From IMG/VR virus record IMGVR_UViG_3300000301_000103: a stretch of DNA of 22,496 nt; one strand, 5' to 3'. This document shows, piece by piece, positions 15,339 through 22,496 of this stretch. The DNA is from a virus (taxonomy: Duplodnaviria; Heunggongvirae; Uroviricota; Caudoviricetes). A program made the position numbers and the translations under genes. Numbering within the stretch: position 1 is the first letter of the stretch; each line of letters opens with the position of its first letter. The notes under the pieces were generated by a model, which saw nothing but the letters and a program-made list of their open reading frames with translations, had not been told where the DNA came from and did no database searches.

Positions 15339-15851
15339 ATGAGTGAATTTTATTCAAGGGCAGCAACTGTGACAGACATGCCTTTTATCATGGCTGAGTT
15401 CGAGGACGGCGCACGCAAAGGTCACTTCTACGAAGAGATCCTCACATCAAAGGGGGGGTAAAACCTTTGAGCAGCAGACCAGACTGGCAATCAAGACGAA
15501 CGAGCGGGGCCAATACTCCGGGCATTTTATCTACATCCTGCTGCATCGTTCTGATGACAAAAAGTAGGACTAATCTGGTTCTGTGCCGCACTCGATCCGA
15601 CTGGCGCACCTTGACTTGAACTCCGTGCCGTCAGTATTGTCAAAGAGCTTCGCGGAAAAGGCTATGGGTCAATGCTGGTGTCCGACATGATCGCATCAAA
15701 CCCTAGTCAGCCGACGATGGCAAAGNNNNNNNNNNNNNNNNNNNNNNNNNNNNNNNNNNNNNNNNNNNNNNNNNNNNNNNNNNNNNNNNNNNNNNNNNNN
15801 NNNNNNNNNNNNNNNNNNNNNNNNNNNNNNTGCTGTTTCGCGACCCAAAAT
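15339..15851 (+). pseudogene. Disrupted GNAT-family N-acetyltransferase
   Basis: Frame 0 MSEFYSRAATVTDMPFIMAEFEDGARKGHFYEEILTSKGG stops after a G7 run (15452-15458). It continues in frame +1 (KTFEQQTRLAIKTNERGQYSGHFIYILLHRSDDKK, TAG 15565), then frame 0 (GLIWFCAALDPTGAP, TGA 15612), then LELRAVSIVKELRGKGYGSMLVSDMIA with a GNAT motif-A-like R-G-x-G-x-G. N-run 15726-15830 follows. Confidence 0.55.
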
Positions 15852-15875
15852 AAAAAGCACCCCATACGAGGTGCT
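15845..15875 (-). terminator. Minus-strand rho-independent terminator (AGCACC-loop-GGTGCT with T-run on the minus strand)
   Basis: Plus strand reads AAAATAAAAAGCACC CCATACGA GGTGCT; on the minus strand the stem is followed by TTTTTATTTTGG, 10 nt after the lipoprotein stop. Confidence 0.55.
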
Positions 15876-15884
15876 CCTGAAGAA

Positions 15885-16388
15885 TTAATCACAAGTCGTT
15901 TTGCCCGTGCCGTCTGGGTACACGATTGATTCGCACGACTTGCCATTCAAGAAGCTGTAGCTGCGAATAGTACCGTCCGGATCGCGTTCTGTGTAAGACT
16001 CCAGCTTCTTCGGATCAGCGTTCTTACGGCGCACTTCTTTCAGCTCATATTGGGCCTTGTACATCTCCTTGTAGGCTTCCTCTATGCGTTTCATTTTGAT
16101 CTCCTTTGCCTCTTTGCTGCCCAGATAAGCGGCCATTTCAAGATCACAGTTGAACCTGATTTTTGGGAATGAAGGCGCGTATCTACCCATGACTTTGGTT
16201 AAATCATTGTCGTTAGAGACATAATAGGCATGGCTTCCACACAATTTGTCGGCTCTGTCTTGGGCAATTGCTACGCTTGAAGTGGAGTAAATATCAACGT
16301 ACCCGCCAGCTGACTTTTCATCTTGAGGTGGTTTTGGTACGCATCCGATCAGAGCAATGGCCATCGTCCCTATAATTACGCGTTTCAC
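15885..16388 (-). CDS. Lipoprotein (167 aa), function unknown
   Basis: GTG start (plus 16386-16388) 7 nt after AAGGAG; N-terminus MKRVIIGTMAIALIGC carries lipobox LIGC. Confidence 0.65.
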   Translation of the reverse strand: MKRVIIGTMAIALIGCVPKPPQDEKSAGGYVDIYSTSSVAIAQDRADKLCGSHAYYVSNDNDLTKVMGRYAPSFPKIRFNCDLEMAAYLGSKEAKEIKMKRIEEAYKEMYKAQYELKEVRRKNADPKKLESYTERDPDGTIRSYSFLNGKSCESIVYPDGTGKTTCD

Positions 16389-16481
16389 CGTCAGTTCTCC
16401 TTTTTCGTTTGGTTGTCATCATTAAGTGACTGCGATTATAGAGTGGCTTGTAACATCTAGAAGTCTTTGCTGTCCATAAAA

Positions 16482-16501
16482 ATAGGTATTCACTTACCTA
16501 T
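16482..16501 (+). promoter_or_regulatory. Recurrent imperfect palindrome site 5 (ATAGGTA-TTCACT-TACCTAT, perfect 7-bp arms)
   Basis: Exact inverted 7-mers, about 110 nt upstream of sbcD in the divergent intergenic region. Confidence 0.45.
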
Positions 16502-16614
16502 GAATTTGCCATAATCATGTGTCTGTGAACATTCTTAATGGCCGTGTTATCTGGATTGTTCGCCTCTCAAACACACTTAATATCTGTATCAAAATAACCA
16601 CAAAGGAAAAACAC

Positions 16615-17886
16615 ATGACTTTGCCATACGGCGTCATTTCTGACTGCCACTACCACAAATGGGATGCGTTCTCCACGACGAACGCTGAGGGGCTTAACTC
16701 CAGACTTGAAATACAGTTGGAAGCAACGAAAGAAGCAGCCATCGCCATGAAGAAGGCCGGTTGTAAGTACATGTTGGTTGCCGGTGATACATTTCACGTC
16801 CGAGGAACTGTGTCCCCTTCTGTTTTGCATTACGTAACTGAAACGTACAAGTGGATTATCAACGAGCTTGATCTGACAGTAGTAATGCTGGCCGGTAATC
16901 ACGATCTTGAAACCAACGATTCAGTATATAGCGCCAACGCAGCAGCATCGCTGAGTTCTATCGGCGTGGTAATCGTATGTGGCAAACGCCCACACTCAAT
17001 AAAAATTGGTGATGTGACTGTCCACCTGATTAGCTGGCGTAACAATCATGCGGAGCTTATCAGCGATCTGAAAGCATTACGTAAGAGCGTAGAAGGTGAT
17101 AATCATGACGTTGTTATCCATACATCCATTAACAAAGCCATTCCAACAATGCCTGACGTCGGTATCGATGCGCAGGAGTTAAAGGATATCGGCTTTCGTC
17201 TCGTGCTTAGTGGGCATTACCACAACCACAAAGAGGTCATTCCTGGAGTTATCAGTGTCGGTGCGCTGACCCATCAAAATTGGGGAGATGTTGGATCTCT
17301 GGCTGGTTACATGATCGTAAACCCGGACGGCAGTTTCAGTCACTACGAAACCAGTGCGCCTAAATTCATTAACCTGGAAGATTATGTTGCCGATGACCAA
17401 ATTCGCGGCAACTACGTGCGTTTCCGCGCCGTAATTGAGAACGATGAAGAAGGCATTAAGTACCAGAACATCCTCAAAACAATGGGTGCAAAAGGTGTCG
17501 TGTGCAACTTCATCCGTAAGTCATCAATGATGGAAGGGACAGCAAGCACAACGGAAACCAGCAAAATCGATAGCCTGGGAGAGTCGGTATCTGCTTATTG
17601 CAAGATTGTCCACGATACTGACGGCGGATTTGATCTGAGCAAGTTGGATATTTTGTGTCAGGAAATCCTCACNNNNNNNNNNNNNNNNNNNNNNNNNNNN
17701 NNNNNNNNNNNNNNNNNNNNNNNNNNNNNNNNNNNNNNNNNNNNNNNNNNNNNNNNNNNNNNNNNNNNNNNNNNNNNNNNNNNNNNNNNNNNNNNNNNNN
17801 NNNNNNNNNNNNNNNNNNNNNNNNNNNNNNNNNNNNNNNNNNNNNNNNNNNNNNNNNNNNNNNNNNNNNNNAAGGAAATCCCGTAG
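16615..17886 (+). CDS. sbcD: SbcD/Mre11-family nuclease (calcineurin-like phosphoesterase)
   Basis: ATG preceded by AAAGGAAAAACAC; phosphoesterase motifs DCHYH, GDTFH, GNHD and GHYHNH. N-run 17673-17871 hides the C-terminal region; the end is either TAG 17884-17886 or, in another frame, TGA 18006-18008 overlapping the sbcC start. Confidence 0.8.
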   Translation: MTLPYGVISDCHYHKWDAFSTTNAEGLNSRLEIQLEATKEAAIAMKKAGCKYMLVAGDTFHVRGTVSPSVLHYVTETYKWIINELDLTVVMLAGNHDLETNDSVYSANAAASLSSIGVVIVCGKRPHSIKIGDVTVHLISWRNNHAELISDLKALRKSVEGDNHDVVIHTSINKAIPTMPDVGIDAQELKDIGFRLVLSGHYHNHKEVIPGVISVGALTHQNWGDVGSLAGYMIVNPDGSFSHYETSAPKFINLEDYVADDQIRGNYVRFRAVIENDEEGIKYQNILKTMGAKGVVCNFIRKSSMMEGTASTTETSKIDSLGESVSAYCKIVHDTDGGFDLSKLDILCQEILXXXXXXXXXXXXXXXXXXXXXXXXXXXXXXXXXXXXXXXXXXXXXXXXXXXXXXXXXXXXXXXXXXXKEIP

Positions 17887-18004
17887 CGTTTTATCTTGGA
17901 AGGTTAACCAGAAAAGGCGTATTGAGGCGCAGATCCTTCCCGGCGCATACGGAGTTCAGATTGAAAGAAGGTCAAAAGCTAACACACGGTATCAAAGGTG
18001 TTAT

Positions 18005-19921
18005 ATGAAGTTTTTAAAGCTCCAGGTTGAGAATTTTATGGCTATCGCCAGCGCGGAGGTCGAGTTAGATCAGCGTGGTTTAGTGCTCATTCAGGGTGTT
18101 AATAGTGATGATAGTTCCGCATCAAGTAATGGCTCTGGAAAGTCAACGCTAATGAATAGCCTGATGTGGTGTCTTTATGGCGAAACAGCTCATGGTGTGA
18201 AGGGTGACGATGTGTTGTCTACCGACCATGAAAAGAACTGTCGTGTTGCAGTAACCATCGAGGATGAAGGCAAGAGATATGCGATCATTCGTCACCGTAA
18301 ACACAAAGAGTTCAAAAATCGGCTTATCGTTCGTGGTGAAGACGGCGATATGACGAAAGGCAAAGATGCGCTGACGCAAGAGTTCGTCGAGCGTCTGATC
18401 GGTGCATCTAAAGAGGTTTTCATGGCTTCCATCTATGCGAGCCAAGAAGCTATGCCAGATTTACCTGGAATGTCCGACAAAAACCTCAAAACCATCGTAG
18501 AAGAAGCCGCTGGCGTTGACAGACTGACACGCGCCTACGCTATTGCTCGTGAGCGAGCTAATGCAGCTGCCGCACGTATGGATGTGGTTAAAACCAAATT
18601 GGAGTCGACAATCTCGACCATTGAGGCAACACAGTCAGAAATTGAGTCAGCGAAAGCCTCCTCTGAATCATGGGAGCAAGAGCGTTCTAAACGTTATGAC
18701 GATGCCCTGGCTGGGCTGGCCAGTGCCGAAGTTGAGTTAACGGAAGTTGAACTTGAGATCCGCACTCTTCCCGAACAGATCCGTGATACCGAGAAGGCAA
18801 TCGAAAGTGAGCGCAAAAAGTTAGCCTCAAAAGAAGAACATGACGCCAAGTTGCTCAAAGTTCGTGGTGCGATAACTGATATTCGGGCAAGCATCAAAGC
18901 TACAGAAAATAGTCAGGCTGATGCAATGAACCGCGCGCGTAATTTTAAGACCAAAGCAGAAGAGGTTGGTACTAAAGTGGGATCACCATGCCCTACTTGT
19001 GGCAAAGCCTACTGCGAAGAAGATCTATCAACGGTGAAGGAGAATTTCATTGAACAAGCACGTCAGGAAATTGGTCAGGCGAAGACACTTGCAGAGGCAA
19101 TGGCTAAACACAAAACGAATCTTGAGAAAGCGTTAAGCATTGAGTCTGCCCTTGTTAAAACGACACCTGATGTAACGGCTATCATTGCCCGGATTGAAGA
19201 GCTTACGAAACAACTCTCATCTTTGCGTCATCGTGAGAAGGAGGTTGTTGCTATTGAGTCTCTTGTGACTCGTGCTCGTACTGAGGTCGATCGTATATCA
19301 AAAGAGATTAATCCGTTTATTGCTCTTATCGCCAGACACGAAGATAACCTGGTATCCAGTAAGTCTACCTTCAAGTCCTTAAAAGATGAGTTGAAGGCTA
19401 TTCAGGAACAAACGTTGCTATTGGAAAAAGCTCGTCAGGTCTACTCTCCTGCCGGGGTGCGTTCTCATATTTTGACGTCTGTTACGCCTTTCCTGAATAC
19501 ACGCACTGCCGAGTATCTCAATACGTTGTCTGACGGGAATATTACTGCTGAGTGGTCGACGATGGATGTCACTAAAAAAGGTGAGTATCGCGACAAATTC
19601 AACATTAGTGTGCAGAAGAAAGGTTCAAGTAAGTCGTTCCAGACCCTCTCTGGTGGTGAGAAGCGGAAGGTTCGCATTGCGTGTTCTTTGGCATTGCAGG
19701 ATCTGGTTAGTAACCGGGCGAGTAAAAACATCGATTTGTTTATCGGCGACGAAATTGACGATGCACTCGATACAGCCGGTCTTGAACGCCTCATGGGTAT
19801 TCTGGAGTCCAAAGCTCGCGAGCGAGGTACTGTGCTGATTATCTCCCATAAAGAGATGAAGTCATGGTTCCGGGAAACTATTACGCTGGAAGTTAAAGAG
19901 GGGCGCAGCTATGTCGTTTAA
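18005..19921 (+). CDS. sbcC: SbcC/Rad50-family ATPase (638 aa)
   Basis: Walker A GSGKST, long coiled-coil, zinc-hook CPTCGKAYC, signature LSGGEKRKV, Walker B/D-loop LFIGDEIDDALD, H-loop ISHK. Confidence 0.85.
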   Translation: MKFLKLQVENFMAIASAEVELDQRGLVLIQGVNSDDSSASSNGSGKSTLMNSLMWCLYGETAHGVKGDDVLSTDHEKNCRVAVTIEDEGKRYAIIRHRKHKEFKNRLIVRGEDGDMTKGKDALTQEFVERLIGASKEVFMASIYASQEAMPDLPGMSDKNLKTIVEEAAGVDRLTRAYAIARERANAAAARMDVVKTKLESTISTIEATQSEIESAKASSESWEQERSKRYDDALAGLASAEVELTEVELEIRTLPEQIRDTEKAIESERKKLASKEEHDAKLLKVRGAITDIRASIKATENSQADAMNRARNFKTKAEEVGTKVGSPCPTCGKAYCEEDLSTVKENFIEQARQEIGQAKTLAEAMAKHKTNLEKALSIESALVKTTPDVTAIIARIEELTKQLSSLRHREKEVVAIESLVTRARTEVDRISKEINPFIALIARHEDNLVSSKSTFKSLKDELKAIQEQTLLLEKARQVYSPAGVRSHILTSVTPFLNTRTAEYLNTLSDGNITAEWSTMDVTKKGEYRDKFNISVQKKGSSKSFQTLSGGEKRKVRIACSLALQDLVSNRASKNIDLFIGDEIDDALDTAGLERLMGILESKARERGTVLIISHKEMKSWFRETITLEVKEGRSYVV

Positions 19922-20734
19922 ATTAAGCCGCTCGCAGTTTTTGCAGGTATTTGCAGTGATGCAGTCGATAAAACTGATCAATGGGCATACTTCCAATGGN
20001 NNNNNNNNNNNNNNNNNNNNNNNNNNNNNNNNNNNNNNNNNNNNNNNNNNNNNNNNNNNNNNNNNNNNNNNNNNNNNNNNNNNNNNNCACGTATTCTGTG
20101 GGGCAGCAACAATATTGACGGAGTACAATTCGCCGCGTTGCTTGGTCTAATATCCGAGACGCCATTGATGCAAAGTTTGAAATCACTACCACCTGGATGT
20201 ATTGCGCCGATCCTGATTAATCCTTTTGTTGAGGGGGGATATCTTCCCAACGTCGGGCCTGGGTTTATTGCATCCCATGAAACTGAAGATCTTAACATTA
20301 ATAGCGAAGGGTTCTTTGGGGGTATGGGTGCGCATCACTGTATGGCTTTCACGAACCTTATTCGACTTGCCAATAAGCGGGTGGATAGTTTGGCATCGCC
20401 AGGTGATGCTTTTACTGGTTTCCTTATCCAAAGGAGGGATAAAAAGTACAGTGCGGACAAACTACAGTTTGTTGGTAAGTATGGAGAAATGGTAGAAATC
20501 GAACTTCAGCTCCCGCATGTTTTAGCAAACGATAGTGCAGACAGTCGGAGGCTGTTGGGCATCATGCGTCATTTCATAGCAAGTGGCGTTAAACATGCCG
20601 TAGATAAACGTGTCACGCAGGAAAATGAGTATTCAGACTTTGCAAACTCTCCCCAACCAACGTTGCAAACGGCAATAGTAACCAATTCGTTGGAGGCGAG
20701 ATTATTGGAAAACCCTATATGGGGAACATGGTAA
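19911..20734 (+). CDS. Hypothetical protein overlapping the sbcC stop (about 270 aa; N-run 19990-20087 inside, frame differs across it)
   Basis: ATG 19911 preceded by AAGAGGGG; after the gap the frame reaching TAA 20732-20734 is open from the gap edge. Whether this is one gene is unproven. Confidence 0.45.
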
Positions 20735-20743
20735 GGAGACTAT

Positions 20744-21470
20744 ATGAGTAAAAAAATCAGCGTAGTTGGTGTTGATCCCTCAATGAGCAACTTTGGGCTT
20801 GCTGTGGGCACTTTAGACCTTGAGACGGACGAACTTGAGATTCACGGCCTTACTCTTGTTGAGACTAAAGCGGGGAGTAACAAAAAGACCGTTCGTGTGA
20901 ACAGTGACGATCTGCGCCGAGCCAGTGAANNNNNNNNNNNNNNNNNNNNNNNNNNNNNNNNNNNNNNNNNNNNNNNNNNNNNNNNNNNNNNNNNNNNNNN
21001 NNNNNNNNNNNNNNNNNNNNNNNNNNNNNNNNNNNNNNNNNNNNNNNNNNNNNTTGTGAGCTACCGGTTGGGAGCCAAAACTCTCGTTCGCAGACGTCTT
21101 ACGGTATTTGTATCGGTGTACTTGCGTGTGTGGATAAGCCATTGATCCAGGTTACTCCAAACGAAATCAAGCATTTTGTCGGCAATAAACTTACTACATC
21201 GAAAGAAGAGATTATCCAGTGGGCTACGAAAAAACACCCTAAAGCACNNNNNNNNNNNNNNNNNNNNNNNNNNNNNNNNNNNNNNNNNNNNNNNNNNNNN
21301 NNNNNNNNNNNNNNNNNNNNNNNNNNNNNNNNNNNNNNNNNNNNNNNNNNNNACAGGATGTTCTCGTGAACAAAAACGAACATTTGGCTGATGCGGTGGC
21401 TGCCATCCATACCGGTATGCAAACAGATCAGTTCCGCCAGGTGCGCGATGTTCTTAAGTCTCTCATTTGA
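20744..21470 (+). CDS. RuvC-like Holliday junction resolvase
   Basis: ATG 5 nt after AAGGAG; N-terminus KISVVGVDPSMSNFGLAV resembles the RuvC start; EIKHFVGNK and C-terminal ADAVAAIH fit RuvC motifs. N-runs 20930-21053 and 21248-21352 interrupt it with frame changes. Confidence 0.6.
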
Positions 21471-21477
21471 TTTCATT

Positions 21478-21500
21478 GATAGGTAAGTGCTTATCTATTA
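21478..21500 (+). promoter_or_regulatory. Recurrent imperfect palindrome site 6 (GATAGGTAAG-TG-CTTATCTATTA)
   Basis: Same motif family, between the ruvC-like stop and the nrdA start. Confidence 0.4.
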
Positions 21501-21504
21501 ACAT

Positions 21505-21537
21505 GGGCCACTATATTTAGTGGCCCTCTTTATTTGG
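21505..21537 (+). terminator. Hairpin GGGCCACTA-TATT-TAGTGGCCC followed by TCTTTATTTGG
   Basis: 9-bp perfect stem with T-rich tail, 7 nt before the nrdA ATG; the arms contain the iteron-like core CCACTATA. Confidence 0.5.
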
Positions 21538-21543
21538 TGATAC

Positions 21544-22496
21544 ATGATAAGCATCGTAAAACGTAACGGCCAAACAGAGCCGTTATCCGAAGAAAAATAC
21601 AACCGCGTCGTAATGTATGGCGTAGAAGGCATTCGTGGTGTAAGCGCATCCGCTGTAGCAATGGGAGCTGCGGCCAGCATTTTTGATGGGATGACCACCA
21701 GCCAGTTGCANNNNNNNNNNNNNNNNNNNNNNNNNNNNNNNNNNNNNNNNNNNNNNNNNNNNNNNNNNNNNNNNNNNNNNNNNNNNNNNNNNNNNNNNNN
21801 NNNNNNNNNNNGCTGATTTGATCTCACCAGAAGCACCAAATTACTCACAGGTGGCTGCCCGCCTGAACATTTTTAAAATCCGCAAAGATGCCTTCGGTCG
21901 TTACGACTATCCGAACTTCTACCAACACATTGTCAAGAACGTTAACAAGGGCGTTTATGACAAGGATTTGCTGACACATTATTCGTTTGAAGAGATCGAA
22001 GAACTCGGCAATTACATTAAGCCGAAACGTGACGATCTTTTTGGCTATGCAGCTACGGTGCAGTTGCAAAGCAAATACCTCGTTCAAAACCGTGTTACTG
22101 GTGAGATTCATGAGGGGCCGCAACATATCTATATGCTGGTAGGCATGTGTCTGTTCCAGAATTGGGAAGACGACTGCGCTGGCAAAACACGTATGGAGAT
22201 GGTCAAAGGTTTCTATGACGTTACAAGTACGTTCAAACTGTCTCTGCCCACACCAATCATGGCCGGCGTCCGTACTCCAACCCGTCAGTTCTCCAGTTGT
22301 GTGCTGATTGAGTCTGGCGATAGTCTGAAAGGGATTAGTGCAGCTTCAGCCGCAATTATCGACTACGTTTCACGTCGTGCTGGAATTGGTATTGGTTTTG
22401 GCCGTATCCGTGCGCTGGGCAGCGAGATCCGCAATGGTGAAGCCACCCATACCGGAGTTATTCCATTCCTGAAGCATTTCCAGACGGCTGTTAAAT
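21544..22496 (+). CDS. nrdA: Ribonucleoside-diphosphate reductase alpha subunit (class Ia NrdA), N-terminal part; continues past window end
   Basis: ATP-cone-like N-terminus MISIVKRNGQTEPLSEEKYNRVV; downstream LQSKYLVQNRVTGEIHEGPQ and STFKLSLPTPIMAGVRTPTRQFSSCVLIESGDSL closely follow E. coli NrdA as I recall it. N-run 21711-21811 is inside, with a frame change. Confidence 0.9.

Noticed and set aside
17655-18008. ORF 17655-18008 as a separate gene between sbcD and sbcC
   Set aside because: Mostly N-run; the short post-gap reading is more likely an alternative frame of the sbcD C-terminus (depending on true gap length) than an independent gene.
18149-19849. Several minus-strand ORFs (18149-18445, 18694-18897, 19465-19812, 19625-19849)
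   Set aside because: All antisense to sbcC, which has unambiguous Rad50/SbcC motifs.
1-22496. tRNA or rRNA genes
   Set aside because: No cloverleaf-compatible segments or rRNA-like conserved stretches found by eye in intergenic regions; occurrences of GTTCGAATC-like sequence lie inside coding regions. A tRNAscan-type search would be needed to exclude them.

Overview
This window reads as a DNA replication, recombination and nucleotide-metabolism module of a large phage or phage-plasmid from an enterobacterial-type host (all calls are by-eye motif recognition; no searches were run). On the + strand: the C-terminal part of a DnaE-family polymerase with a UDG-fold-like tail, a UvsY-like small protein, a gp32-like zinc SSB, a flap endonuclease, a RecA interrupted by a LAGLIDADG intein in its P-loop, a small membrane protein plus SPFH lipoprotein pair, SbcD/SbcC, a RuvC-like resolvase and the start of class Ia NrdA. 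On the - strand: a CspA-family gene with a cspA-like leader, a two-gene module (small protein plus HTH regulator) behind a palindromic operator, a lipoprotein, and a plasmid-type RepA initiator flanked by iteron arrays, GATC clusters and an AT-rich segment. That origin inside a phage-like module suggests an SSU5/pHCM2-like phage-plasmid, which is inference from memory. Two recurring intergenic signals stand out: a ~20-bp imperfect palindrome upstream of six genes and a conserved translation-initiation cassette at four genes. Nineteen N-runs interrupt the sequence; reading frames shift across most of them, so they are gaps of unknown true length and any CDS spanning one has uncertain frame and length.
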